This document shows, piece after piece, positions 9,674 to 21,600 of a DNA stretch of 64,000 nucleotides (the stretch's first letter is position 1; each line of letters starts with the position of its first letter). This DNA is from a virus (taxonomy: Duplodnaviria > Caudoviricetes), in IMG/VR virus record IMGVR_UViG_3300020438_000029, positions 3,462 to 67,461 of that record, one strand, 5' to 3'. Both the position numbers and the translations under genes were made by a program. The notes beneath the pieces were generated by a model, which was given only the letters and a program-made list of their open reading frames with translations, had not been told where the DNA came from and made no database searches.

Positions 9674-9688
9674 TATTTATGCTAAATA
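9674..9688. promoter_or_regulatory. Back-to-back late promoters (TAAATA on both strands)
   Basis: TATTTA 9674-9679 (minus, gp13) and TAAATA 9683-9688 (plus, gp14) in a 36-bp gap. Confidence 0.75.
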
Positions 9689-9693
9689 TACAT

Positions 9694-10866
9694 ATGCCAA
9701 GACTATCTCTATATAAACCCGAACGCGGCAATGATTATTACTTTTTGGATAAGCAAATCCAAGAAATGTTTACCATTGGCGGCACTGATATTAATATACA
9801 CAAATATTTAGGACCCGACGCACCGGCAGAAGATGACCGGAGTGCTGTACAGCCAGAGTACGATGTAGTAAAAGAAACAAACATCCAAGACTTGTTATTT
9901 TTAGAAAACAGAGATCGTAAATACGATCCAGATGTTTATGAAATGCGCGGAATTTATAATGTACAAGATATTGATTTTGATCTATCACAATTTGGATTAT
10001 TTTTAAGTAATGATACGCTGTTTATGACTATACCGATTAACAGTAGTGTAAAGACATTAGGCAGAAAAATTATGAGTGGCGATGTAATTGAATTGCCGCA
10101 TTTAAAAGACGAATATGCATTAAATGACTACGATGTTTCACTTAAACGGTTTTATGTTGTAGAGGATGTAAACAGAGCCGCAGAAGGATTTAGTCAAACA
10201 TGGTATCCACATTTATATAGACTAAAATTAAAACAAATTTATGATGGACAAGAATATGCAGAAATACTTGATCTTCCTGTATCAGAAGATTCTGATACAA
10301 CACTAAGAGATGTATTATCTACCTATGAAAAAGAAATGCAAATTAATAGTGCAGTAGTTGCACAAGCAGAAGCAGACGCTCCTAAAAGTGGTTTTGACAC
10401 TAGTCATTATTATTCTATAGCAACCGACGATAACGGCAATATTGCATTACAAACAGCAGACGAAACTGATTTAGATGCTAGTAATATCAATGTTACTTCC
10501 GACGAAATAGCTGACAGGCCGGAGCGTGAAGGCTATTCAGGATATCTTGTTAATTACGGTGACGGAACTGCTCCAAATGGTGCTCCATTTGGCTTTGGTA
10601 TACAGTTTCCTAGAACTAATCAAAACGGTGATTATTATTTACGCACTGACTTTTTTCCTAATAGAATGTTTAGGTATGACGGTTTGCGTTGGATAAAAGT
10701 AGAAGACGGATTAAGAATGGACCTAAGTAACACACTAGAACGCAGAACTTATAAATCATCGTTTATTAATAATACTGCATCAAATACAATTGACGGCGAA
10801 GCAGTGCCTGAAAGACAGAGTTTGTCAAAAGCATTGCGTCCACGTAAGCCAGAGGCAGATAATTAA
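9694..10866 (+). CDS. gp14: Neck/head-closure protein, T4 gp14-like, with C-terminal extension
   Basis: IQDLLFLENRDRKYD, DLSQFGLFL, GDVIELPHL. Start revised to ATG 9694, downstream of the late box. Confidence 0.75.
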   Translation: MPRLSLYKPERGNDYYFLDKQIQEMFTIGGTDINIHKYLGPDAPAEDDRSAVQPEYDVVKETNIQDLLFLENRDRKYDPDVYEMRGIYNVQDIDFDLSQFGLFLSNDTLFMTIPINSSVKTLGRKIMSGDVIELPHLKDEYALNDYDVSLKRFYVVEDVNRAAEGFSQTWYPHLYRLKLKQIYDGQEYAEILDLPVSEDSDTTLRDVLSTYEKEMQINSAVVAQAEADAPKSGFDTSHYYSIATDDNGNIALQTADETDLDASNINVTSDEIADRPEREGYSGYLVNYGDGTAPNGAPFGFGIQFPRTNQNGDYYLRTDFFPNRMFRYDGLRWIKVEDGLRMDLSNTLERRTYKSSFINNTASNTIDGEAVPERQSLSKALRPRKPEADN

Positions 10867-12284
10867 TGCTACATTTTTATGACGGACAAATAAGAAGATA
10901 TACTACACAGATGATGCGCATACTTAGTAACTTTCCAGTGAAAGATGGTAAGGGTACAATTAAAGACGTACCGGTTACTTACGGAGACTTAACTAGGCAA
11001 GTAGCAAGTATTATTAGAGAAAATAGTGAAAACAAACTTCCAACTGTTCCTAGAATAGCTGTATACCTAACTGGATTAGAGCTTGATAAAGATCGTTTAG
11101 CTGATGCTACTTATACACGCAAAACAAATATAAGAGAACGTGCATATGACGAAGAAAATAATGAATATTTAAACTATCAAGGCAAAAACTATACAGTTGA
11201 AAGATTAATTCCAACTCCTTATATGATGCGATTAAATGCAGACATTTGGGCAAGTAATACTGATCAAAAACTACAACTACTAGAGCAAATACTAGTATTA
11301 TTTAATCCTAGTTTAGAAATGCAAACTACTGATAACTTTATCGACTGGACTAGTATAACTGTTGTAAATTTAGAAAATGTAACATGGTCTAATCGAAGTA
11401 TTCCTGTAGGTGTTGATAGTGAAATTGATATTGCAACTCTTACATTTAGCATTCCTATATATATTAGTCCTCCCACTAAAGTTAAAAAGATGGGTGTTAT
11501 TACAAATATTATTACTTCAATGTTTGATGAGTCTAGAGGCGATATCGATTCTGGTATAAGTTCTCCGCAATTAAATCAATACGACGATTACGCCCAACCC
11601 GGTACTGTTGAAACTGGTGGCGGACGTAAAGCAAGTACAGACATTGCAGGCGAAACTGCCAATGTTAATTTTAATACATTCGGAGCATATGTAGACGGTG
11701 ACACAGTAAGATTAATATCAAACGGTGCTGTTGGTATGAAAAATTGGAGAGAGATATTTATAGCACTTCCAGGAACATATGCTGCTGATGTAGCTAGAGT
11801 ATTCTTTAGAAGCATTGATAATGATAGTACGGCAACTGGAACGTTTACCCTTAATCCGTTTGATGAAACTATAATTAATGTTAATTGGGATGCGGACAGT
11901 TTTCCAACTGACACTATCATAAGTGACAGAACTAGTATTGATTATATTATTAATCCTTTAAGTTTTAATCCAACAAGTATTAAGACTTCTGGATTACGCT
12001 TATTATTATTAGACGACATAGGTGATCCTAGTAGTACTGCTACAGAATTTCCAGTTGCTTGGCAAAACAACGACGGCAGTGGAATAGTAGCAAGTGCAAA
12101 TGATATTGTTGAGTGGGACGGCACTAAATGGATAATTGTGTTTAATGCAAGTTCTGCTACAGACACAGTATATACCACTAACCTTAATACTAACACTCAA
12201 TACAAATTTAAAGACGGTGAGTGGCTAAAATCTGTAGACGGGGATTATCCAGTTGGGACATGGAGAATAGACTTGGCTGGCTAA
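10866..12284 (+). CDS. gp15: Tail sheath stabiliser / tail terminator, T4 gp15-like
   Basis: HFYDGQIRRY, VPVTYGD, QKLQLLEQILVLFNP, ATLTF; start overlaps the gp14 stop (TAATG). Confidence 0.82.
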   Translation: MLHFYDGQIRRYTTQMMRILSNFPVKDGKGTIKDVPVTYGDLTRQVASIIRENSENKLPTVPRIAVYLTGLELDKDRLADATYTRKTNIRERAYDEENNEYLNYQGKNYTVERLIPTPYMMRLNADIWASNTDQKLQLLEQILVLFNPSLEMQTTDNFIDWTSITVVNLENVTWSNRSIPVGVDSEIDIATLTFSIPIYISPPTKVKKMGVITNIITSMFDESRGDIDSGISSPQLNQYDDYAQPGTVETGGGRKASTDIAGETANVNFNTFGAYVDGDTVRLISNGAVGMKNWREIFIALPGTYAADVARVFFRSIDNDSTATGTFTLNPFDETIINVNWDADSFPTDTIISDRTSIDYIINPLSFNPTSIKTSGLRLLLLDDIGDPSSTATEFPVAWQNNDGSGIVASANDIVEWDGTKWIIVFNASSATDTVYTTNLNTNTQYKFKDGEWLKSVDGDYPVGTWRIDLAG

Positions 12285-12292
12285 CTATATGT

Positions 12293-12733
12293 ATGACCGA
12301 TATGATTACATGTAGTGGAGCACTATTCTACACACTAGATACTAATAGATTTCTTTTTTTGCACAGAGCCAAAGGTAAACGCAATAATATGTGGGGATTA
12401 GTTGGCGGTACTAACGAAGGTTTAGAAACTCCTTGGGAAGGCCTTAAAAGAGAAATTTCCGAAGAAATAGGTAGTTTCCCAGACATTAAAAAAACTCTTC
12501 CTCTAGAAAGTTTCATTAGTGCAGATAGTAAGTTTCACTTTCACACATACCTGTGTGTAGTACAATCTGAATTTATTCCTATATTAAATGACGAGCATAA
12601 CGGATATGCTTGGTGTAGTTTTACCAAATGGCCAAAACCGTTACATCACGGTTTGCGCAATACACTTCAAAGTAAAGTCAACTTATCTAAATTAGAAACT
12701 GTATTCCAAACTATAAATCTTCTTGACAAATAA
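12293..12733 (+). CDS. NUDIX hydrolase
   Basis: Nudix box WGLVGG..E.ETPWEGLKREISEEIG; LNDEHNGYAW. Start revised to ATG 12293, after the gp15 stop. Confidence 0.85.
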   Translation: MTDMITCSGALFYTLDTNRFLFLHRAKGKRNNMWGLVGGTNEGLETPWEGLKREISEEIGSFPDIKKTLPLESFISADSKFHFHTYLCVVQSEFIPILNDEHNGYAWCSFTKWPKPLHHGLRNTLQSKVNLSKLETVFQTINLLDK

Positions 12734-12751
12734 TACAAAAGAAAGTATAAT
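12723..12751 (+). promoter_or_regulatory. Perfect-consensus sigma70 promoter for the heptose operon
   Basis: TTGACA (12723-12728), 17 nt, TATAAT (12746-12751); ATG 6 nt later with no SD. Confidence 0.85.
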
Positions 12752-12757
12752 AAGACT

Positions 12758-13897
12758 ATGAAAGTATTAGTTTTTGGTGATGTAATAATCGACAAATATA
12801 TCTATGGTACTTCAGAACGCATAAGTCCTGAAGCACCTGTACCTGTGGTCAAATATCAGCGTGAAGTTGAAACACTAGGCGGAGCAGGACTAGTATACGA
12901 AAATCTTAAAAGTCTAGGTGTAGATGTTACACTATTACAAACTGAACAACCGCGTAGTATCAAGACGCGAGTTATTTGTGACGGGCATTACATTACACGA
13001 ATAGACGATGACAAAGTGGCCGATAGTACTGCTGTACTAAGAAATGTATTGCGTAGTGATTTTTCTCAATGGGATTATGTAATACTAAGCGATTACAACA
13101 AAGGCGTACTTGACGAATCTCTAAGAATTATCGAACATCTAAACACATTTGGATGCAAAGTAATTGTAGATCCTAAAGAACATGCAACCCAATACAAAGG
13201 CGCATGGTTAGTAAAACCTAATAATGTTGAATTTACTAAGTTTGGATTTAACGAATGGCAAGGTAATATTATCACAACAAACGCAGGCGAAAACGTAGTT
13301 GCCAGCATAGACGGTGTTGATTATAACCTGCCTGTTGCACAAGTAGAAGTATCAGATGTCACCGGTGCAGGTGATTGTTTCTTGGCTGCATTTGTATATG
13401 GATTAACTAAGAATTATGACTATACGCAATGTTTAGAACTTGCTATAAAAGGATCTAAACGTGCAGTACAGCATGTAGGCACCCATATACTTACACATAA
13501 TGATATTGAAGAACATGTAATCTTTACAAACGGTGTATTTGATATTATGCATACAGGACATTTTAATTTACTAAAAGAAGCACGTAGTTTAGGCGACAAA
13601 CTTGTAGTTGGTATTAACTCAGATGCAAGTGTAAAACGTCTAAAAGGTAACGATCGTCCAGTAAACAATATAGAAAAACGTGTTGAACAAATATCTATAC
13701 TACCATGGGTAGACGAAGTTCACGTTTTTGATCAAGATACTCCTTATGAGTTAATTAAACATATACAGCCTAACTTAATTGTAAAAGGCGGAGATTATAC
13801 TGTTGAAACTGTAGTAGGACATGATTTAACTGATGTGCATATTATACCTACAGTAGACGGATACTCAACAACACAAATTATAGAGAATAGCAAATGA
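12758..13897 (+). CDS. hldE: Bifunctional heptose-7-phosphate kinase / heptose-1-phosphate adenylyltransferase
   Basis: PfkB domain (RISPEAPVPV, ILSDYNKG, DVTGAGD) fused to a nucleotidyltransferase domain (FTNGVFDIMHTGH, GINSDASVKRLKG, VKGGDY, GYSTT). Confidence 0.95.
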   Translation: MKVLVFGDVIIDKYIYGTSERISPEAPVPVVKYQREVETLGGAGLVYENLKSLGVDVTLLQTEQPRSIKTRVICDGHYITRIDDDKVADSTAVLRNVLRSDFSQWDYVILSDYNKGVLDESLRIIEHLNTFGCKVIVDPKEHATQYKGAWLVKPNNVEFTKFGFNEWQGNIITTNAGENVVASIDGVDYNLPVAQVEVSDVTGAGDCFLAAFVYGLTKNYDYTQCLELAIKGSKRAVQHVGTHILTHNDIEEHVIFTNGVFDIMHTGHFNLLKEARSLGDKLVVGINSDASVKRLKGNDRPVNNIEKRVEQISILPWVDEVHVFDQDTPYELIKHIQPNLIVKGGDYTVETVVGHDLTDVHIIPTVDGYSTTQIIENSK

Positions 13898-14712
13898 GAA
13901 TATTAATAACTGGATATAAAGGATTTATTGGAAGAAATCTAGCAATGTATTTGCAGCGTCAAGGACATGATGTAGAAGGATGGGAATGGCAACCTGGTAT
14001 CATTCCTAGTACAGAAGACTACGATTGGTGTATACATTTAGGTGCAATTAGTTCAACTACTTTTACTGATGTAAATCAAATACTAGAACAAAATTTTGAA
14101 TTTAGTATTAGGCTTGCACAAGTGTGTGAAAACTTTGGTACTAATTTACAATATGCATCTAGTGCAAGTGTATACGGACCTACTACACATTTTACCGAAG
14201 ATGGTCCTTTATTGCCGCAAAGCCCATATGCATGGTCAAAATATTTGTTTGATAGATATATTACACAATACAAGGACGAATTCGGTATCTTAGTGCAAGG
14301 CTTCCGTTACTTTAATGTGTATGGAGAAGGCGAAGAACACAAAGGTGATCAAGCAAGTCCTTATACTAAATTTGCATATCAAGCTAAAGACAACGGTGTA
14401 ATTAAATTATTTGAAGATAGTAATAACTATCTTAGAGATTTTGTATGTGTAGAAGACATATGTAAAGTACACGAACTAATGTTAAATGTAGATGCTACAG
14501 ACATTTACAATGTAGGCACAGGACGCCCTGTAAGTTTTGAAACAGTAGCACAATCTATTGTTAACAAACACGGCGGTGACATTGAATATATTCCAATGCC
14601 AGAAAATTTAAAGTCGCAATACCAAAGTTATACATGTGCTAATATAGATAAATTAAATTCTGTAATAGACATGAATTGGACAAATATAGAGGATTATATT
14701 AATGGAAAGTGA
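13894..14712 (+). CDS. hldD: ADP-glyceromanno-heptose 6-epimerase-like NAD-dependent epimerase
   Basis: ITGYKGFIG, HLGAISSTT, YASSASVYG, YAWSKYLFD, FRYFNVYG, RDFVCVED, YQSYTCA. Confidence 0.9.
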   Translation: MRILITGYKGFIGRNLAMYLQRQGHDVEGWEWQPGIIPSTEDYDWCIHLGAISSTTFTDVNQILEQNFEFSIRLAQVCENFGTNLQYASSASVYGPTTHFTEDGPLLPQSPYAWSKYLFDRYITQYKDEFGILVQGFRYFNVYGEGEEHKGDQASPYTKFAYQAKDNGVIKLFEDSNNYLRDFVCVEDICKVHELMLNVDATDIYNVGTGRPVSFETVAQSIVNKHGGDIEYIPMPENLKSQYQSYTCANIDKLNSVIDMNWTNIEDYINGK

Positions 14713-15106
14713 AACTACTCGGTTAAACGGTGTTGTAGAAAAAGGTTGGGGCTACGAATTAATTTGGGCAACTAATGACAAGTATTGCGGAAAACTTATG
14801 GTGTTTCAAAAAGCAGGCGCTCAATTTAGTATGCATTTTCATCAAGAAAAAGACGAAACTTGGTTTGTAAATAACGGTAGATTTTTAGTAAAATGGATTG
14901 ACACTAAAACTGCTAAATGGAACGAGCAAGAGCTTAAAGCAGGTGATACATGGCATAATCCTCCATTGCAGCCGCACCAACTAATTGCTATTACATCAGG
15001 AAGTAGTATTACAGAAGTAAGCACACCTGATAGTGTTGAAGATAATTACCGAGTTGCCCCAGGTGACAGTCAAAGAGAAAACAATGAGCCGGTTCCAAAA
15101 AGCTAG
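14702..15106 (+). CDS. Cupin-fold sugar isomerase-like protein
   Basis: VEKGWGYE, SMHFHQEKDETW, PLQPHQL, EVSTPD cupin metal-binding motifs. Confidence 0.8.
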   Translation: MESETTRLNGVVEKGWGYELIWATNDKYCGKLMVFQKAGAQFSMHFHQEKDETWFVNNGRFLVKWIDTKTAKWNEQELKAGDTWHNPPLQPHQLIAITSGSSITEVSTPDSVEDNYRVAPGDSQRENNEPVPKS

Positions 15107-15683
15107 TACACAACAGTTAAATAGATATAACAAATATGTTGTTGGTCTTGATCGCGACGGCGTAATTAATAAAGATATTGGAACATATGTTACTAGTGTT
15201 AACGATTTTATTCCTATAGAAAAAAGTTTAGAAGCGGTAGCACTAATACGATCTAAGGGTCACCCAATTGTAATTATTACAAATCAAGGTGGTATACAAA
15301 AAGGCATTGTTACAGAAACACAGCTAAATGATATTCATAAACACATGTTTGATCTTTTAGGAAAAGCAGGATGCCCAAGTATTGACGGACTATATTATAG
15401 CTCTAGTAGTTTAAAACAAGATTTCTATGCTAAGCCAAACATAGGAATGTTTGAACGTGCCCAAGATGAAATACCTAATATAAAATTTTCTAAAGGCATA
15501 TATATTGGCGACAAACTTAGCGATCTAAAAGCAGCAGATAAAATAGGCGCAAAGCCTATACTAGTGCGTACCGGACATGGATTAGAAACTGAAAAATTGC
15601 TTAATACTCGTTTTACTTATAACAAACTTAAAAAGAAAACTCGAATATTTGATAGTCTTTGGGACGTTGCACAAGCCCTTTAG
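15084..15683 (+). CDS. gmhB: Heptose 1,7-bisphosphate phosphatase (HAD family)
   Basis: LDRDGVIN, ITNQGGI, KPNIGM, IGDKLSDL, LVRTGHG; likely start ATG 15084. Confidence 0.9.
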   Translation: MSRFQKASTQQLNRYNKYVVGLDRDGVINKDIGTYVTSVNDFIPIEKSLEAVALIRSKGHPIVIITNQGGIQKGIVTETQLNDIHKHMFDLLGKAGCPSIDGLYYSSSSLKQDFYAKPNIGMFERAQDEIPNIKFSKGIYIGDKLSDLKAADKIGAKPILVRTGHGLETEKLLNTRFTYNKLKKKTRIFDSLWDVAQAL

Positions 15684-18600
15684 GCTTGCGCTTCACCCCA
15701 TTTAAGAATCAAGTTAGCTTCAACATTTGTACCGCCCACTTTATACACATTAATAGCAAGTACGTCTGGACCATTTGGGAATGTTCCTCGTCCACCTAGC
15801 GTAGTATTTGTAAGCTCTTTCAATTCACTAAAGTCAACAGTTGCACGTTCTCCTGGTGTTGCAATAAAGGAGAACACAGTTTCACCTGGTTGTGCATAGG
15901 GTGGTTGAACGAATGTAAATTCTACTGTACCACTACCTGCTGTTAGTGTTCCACTAAACGAATTGTTAAACTGTACTTCATAAAATTGAGTAGATCCGTG
16001 TTGTTTAGCAGTTACACTGTTAACCTGTGTGTTAGCAGGGAAAGTTACTGAGCCGCCGTTACTTAGATTTGTACCTTGCTTAACTCCTGCAGTATCAATT
16101 TCTGATTTACTAAGATATGCATAGTTTCTGCCTACAAGTGATTCATTAAACGTAAATGTCTGCTGTTGATTATCAATGGTGTTGCTCACGCCTCGGCTTA
16201 TTCTTATTGCAACATAGCTAGTGTACACGTTAACACTAGTAACAGTAGTATCAGATCTAATATTAGTGCCTGTTACTGTTGATCCAACAACAATTGGTCC
16301 GTTAGCTTCATACATGCTTGTAGAGTAATATAGTGTAGTATTCCTCCTCCAAGTTGGATAATCATCATTATTCATAGTAGCCACTACACTACCAAGTGCT
16401 GTAGCTGTTGCTGTAGTAGCAGCCTCGCCTGTTGACCATACAACAGAACCACCAGCAGCAACTTGTGCAAAGCTAGGCTGACCACCTTGCGCAACACCGC
16501 TCAATGTTGTCCAACCAACATCGTTTGGATTGATTGGATAGTTTTGTGGGTTAAGTACACCTTCAACAACAATACCGCCAGTTATTGGTGCATTACTATT
16601 TCCAGTATCAACACCGTCTGATGTAACTTCAAGACCTTGTAGCAACAATTGTGCTCTGTTTAGTAGTTCTCTTTCACCTAAGTCTCCAATAATTGCGTTT
16701 GAAACACTGGGTGCTAGTCTAATCATAAACGCTGTTTGTTTAGTTGTACTAACATCAATTCCTGGTTCTGCATATGAGAAGATATATCCTCTATCTTCAT
16801 CAAATCCGCCGTCTGTTAAGAACGCCGAACCCCAGTGACTAATTAAAGGAGTAATTGTATTACTAATTAATATTACGCCAGTTCTTGCATCATGTGGGAC
16901 AGCTCCGCCTGCGCTATAAGTACGTTCGGCGCCTGCTTGGAAGTTAGTTAATGTTGTTCCTCTTGTTAAACCAGTTAGATGATTTGAAGAACGTCCACTA
17001 AACGTAATAATTTCATTATCAATATAAACAGTGCCGTATTCTGGGAAGAAACTTCCGTCCACTAGTTCTAAAGTAGTTGCACTTGCATCCAAATCTGCTG
17101 CTAGTTTACCCGGAGGTCCTTCGTTAGTAACTTCATAACGCACAGGCAAGTTACCTGAACGCATAAATGCTTCTGTGTTTACGTTTGAGTTACGCATTCT
17201 GTGACAGAATATAAAGTTACCATCTTGTCCGCGAAGCATAAAGTCAATAAATCCAGCACCATACCAACTGTATTGAATACCAATCATTTGCATTTTAGCA
17301 ATATCAATGTCGTATCCACTAGGACCATTGCCATCCAATGTGTCTAGATTAAAGTCAGCTGACTTAACTTTCTTATCAATAACTAGATTCATTTTTGCAC
17401 CAGTAGCAGGAGTTACACCTCTAAAGTCAGGCGTAACAGTACAAGATGTTTGGCTAGTAACATTTGTTACCACGTGTGTCATACCTTTGATAATAACTCT
17501 ATCACCTGCTGTTAACTGATCGCGGAATCTTGTGTTTGTTCCTGTTACTAGATTCCCGTCAACTTCAATTGCAATAGTTCCAGCTACCTGCTGAGTACCA
17601 GTACGTTGATTAACACTAACGTTAGTACCGTCGAATTCCCAAAAAATGCCGTTTTGATCATCAAAGATGCCTGAACGTACAGTTGCGCCGTGCCATGCAA
17701 CAACACTCATTTGTGCGCCAAAACCAATGTTGGCTTCTTGTTTAAATGCTCCAATAGTATCTTCAACTACGGCTGTATTTCTTCTTTTCTTAAGTTCTGC
17801 AAGAGTATCTGCAATTCTTGTAGATAACGATTCAGCTTGTGAAACACCGTCTAAATAATTTATAAGATCAGTAGTATCATCTACAGTGAAGCTTCCTGAG
17901 TTGTTAATATCGCCCCACGCATATCCATCTGGTGCAGTCTCGTTGATAAAGAAGTTGTGTATGTCATGAGTGTTAGTTCCACTTGCTGCTTCATCAAATG
18001 CAACAACTAGTGGTGACGTATTAGTCGGCGAGTTTAAAACAATTTCTGTAGTGTCGCCTAATCTGCGTTTTGATCTAACTGTAAATGAACGTTCACTTAA
18101 TACTTCTTCAACTGTGTAATCAAATCCTGGAGGTACTTCCGGATTAACTCCTGAATTATATCCCGGTGTTTCTACACCTAACAATCTAATTATGCCGCCT
18201 GCTTGTACGCCGTGATCGTTATCATCTGTTGTAATAGTAATTAACGAATTAAGTTCTGTTCCAGCTGCTGATATAGTTGAAAGATCGTAACTTGGAGCAA
18301 ATAGCGCACCAGTTGTATACATAATACCCTTACCTGATTGGTAACGAATATATTTTTTACTTTGACGTATTGCTTGTGCGCCATGCTGTGGACCGCCTGT
18401 TCCTAACTGCACACCGCCATCAAATGGTCTATGAACAAAGAAGCTGTCTGGCCTTGCATATAGTACGCCATTGATCGGATCAGTAGCAGCATCTGTTGTA
18501 ATTGTTCCTGCTGCTCTAGCAGTATATCTTAGTTTATCTATTGCCGGAATATTAGTAACAAGGAATGCTCCGTCTGCAAGATCATGATTGTTTGTTCCGT

Positions 18601-21600
18601 CATCTGTCGATGTTGCTGTAATAAACGTATCACCTGGCACAAGTCCGTGTGCAGCAGGGAATGTAACTTCTAATGTTGCAATAGCACTAAACGTAATTGC
18701 TGTATTTGCAGCCATCTGTCCTGTTGTTGCTTCTGTCATTGTAAATGTTGATATTAACGGAACTTGTGTGCCTGGATTTGCCGGCTGTTGTGTTGTTGTA
18801 AATGTTGTTAATGCATTATTGTTAAGTGTATCGACACCTGTAACTGTGATAGTAATATCATTGTCGCCATTTACACCGTCCATATCACTACCATTAAGTG
18901 TTAATACATCACCTATTTCATATTGTGTTCCGCCGTCGCCGTCTATTTCTTGGTAGCCACCGTTTATTCGCTGAACACTAAATTCTGCACCAGAACCCGG
19001 TCTATTAACATTTGTTAGTAATAAACCTAAATAAGTTTCTGTTCCACTTGTTGCTGTACCTGCACTACTAAATCCTGTGATTGCGCCAGTACCACTTACA
19101 CTTGTTATTGTAATAGTAATGTCATTTGCTGGTGTTTGACCTTGTAGTTCTGTACCTAATATTTTAAGTTCTTGATCTACAAAGAAGTTTAATCCGCCAA
19201 CGTTAAGTGTAACTGCATAGTTATTAGGAGTAAGAGCAATGTCAAACAATGCTCCAGTACCTGCAAGGATTGTTCCTGTTAGTGGTGTAACAATCTGTTG
19301 GTTAGTTGCGGTACCTGATATGCTTGCAGCTGTAATATCTCCACTGCCACCAACGTTATCAATTGTAATTGTTGCATCGTTTGTAGGAGATGCGCCGTTT
19401 AAATTTGTACCTGATACTAGCAGTGTATCACCGATACTATATCCAGTGCCCGGTACTGTAACAATCACAGCATAAGACGTGCCTTGCATTCTAACATCTA
19501 CTTCAGCAGTGGTTCCAGCACTAGACGTTGTAAAACTTACATTAGGAAATAACACATCTGCGTTTGGAGCAGTGCCGCTCTCAATTACTACAGTATTAAT
19601 ATTTCCGGTTTCGCCAGAGACAGCAGTTTGGATTCCTGTAACTTTTATAATTAAATCGTTAGCAGGACTTGTGCCTCCTGGAAACTGATCACCTGATATT
19701 AATAATCTATCGTTAACTACGAAGTCTTCTGAAACATTTGGCGGTGATCCTTCAACACCAACGCTTGTAAATGCGTTATTAGCCATAGTTACATTAAACT
19801 GGGGCGGATTAATACCAATGCCTCCAGCTAATGGTGCCGCAATACCAGTATAATTTTCTGTACCTGCAACTGCCGTACCTGTAAGTGTTACTGTTGCAAT
19901 GCCGCCAGTCGCTGTAATACTAGCAACTGTACCAAACATATCATTAGTGGCAGTTACGCCGCCAAGTTGAGTACCGTCTATTAGAAATTTATCACCTACT
20001 TCATAATTAAGACCTGCTAGGTCAATTGCTGATAGAGAATAGGATCCGCCGGATCTTTGTATATTAAGCAGTGCGCCGGAACCAGCAGGCTGAACTGTTG
20101 TTGGAGTTAATATTGGATATGTTTTTGTATTTGATACAAGTGATGAAGTTAATCCACTGCTTAATGAAACTGTACTTCCTACAACATTGTTAATAAATGT
20201 TGCTACACCGTCGCCTCTATCTAATGCTAGGTTTGGAACAACACCGGTTGCATCAAATAATTGTATATCTGTATCTCCAATATTAGCATTGGATCCAATA
20301 TTTAATGTTAAGTACTCGCCGCCGCCTGCACTGTTATCAATAATATTAGTAACCTGTGAACCTACTGGAATAAGAGGACTTATTAAAGGTGAGCCAACTT
20401 CAGGTGAATTACCGTCAAACGGAATAGTATTTGCTCCGGTTTGGACTATTAGCTCAGACACCATTGCACCCGAAGAACCGTTACTTAATACATCAAATTC
20501 TGCGCCGTCAATTCCTGCTCCGGTATAAAAACCACCTTTTCTTAGTTGAGTATAACCGGCTGCTAATTGCTCACCATCTGCTGTTCCTACTTTTGATTTA
20601 GCATAGTACTGGAAACTTAAATTAGTTGGTACACTAATAATAACAAACGAACCTTCAGCTCGTGCTGCGCCTGCAATAGATGTTTCAAGAGCTTTAATTG
20701 TAATAGGTGTACCTACTTCAAATCCGTGTGCTGATACTGTTGTAACTGTAATTAATGAAGCACCAATACCATCTGTTCCGTCACTTGCATCAGTTTCAAC
20801 ACTTAATACCTGTGTATCTGTTCCTGGAATTTCGTATACACTTGGATATCCACGCATCATAGAAATTGCAGACCATTTAGTAGGCTGTAAACCGTACTCA
20901 AAGTCAGCATCAAGCATACTTAATGGAGGAGCAATACGCATACGTTCAATTGCGTCTGTTCCAAAATCATATGGTCGTTGCGTTACTACACTTTTTCCAT
21001 TTTCCATTTTTTCTACAAAAATTTGTAGATCGTCAGTTGATGAATGTGTAGTTGTGTTGTATGTTAAATTAATAGTAGTTACAGCATCAGTTGTCTGTAG
21101 ATACTTTGGAAAATCTTCGTCTGCGCCGTGATCTTTAATAACACATTCTGCACCGGCTTCGGGGTCACTAAAATTATAAATTATTTCATTTTTGGATGTG
21201 TTAGTGACAAGCAGTAATTCGTCTGAAGTATATCTTCCTTGGATTTTGATATTGCCTAAACCTGTTGTTTCTGCTGTAGGAAGGCTAGTAATTCCGTTAG
21301 TAAGAACATCAACAGTGTTTTGTGAAAGCGTTACAGCTCGCATACTTGCGCCAGCAATCACTGCTCCTGTTATAGCACTTGAAAATGTATGTAATGAAGT
21401 ATCAGAACTTATACCTACATTCATTGTAATAGATGTTGCAGTGACACCAGTAATAGTAATTGGTTTATTAAAATATGGATCGCGCTGTAATGCATTAGGA
21501 ACGCCTGCTCTGCGTGGATAAGGATGTAATGTAGCATTACTGTCTAATGCACAAGTAAACGTTATTCCATCCGGTCTAATAATAATTTTATCATCAGCTT

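Noticed and set aside
9661-9693. ORF-track starts at 9661, 12221 and 15033
   Set aside because: They lie upstream of promoter boxes or inside neighbouring genes; ATGs at 9694, 12293 and 15084 fit better.
12758-15683. Bacterial LPS locus (host contamination or prophage boundary)
   Set aside because: The genes are compact, overlap a phage structural gene end and are flanked by virion genes on both sides.
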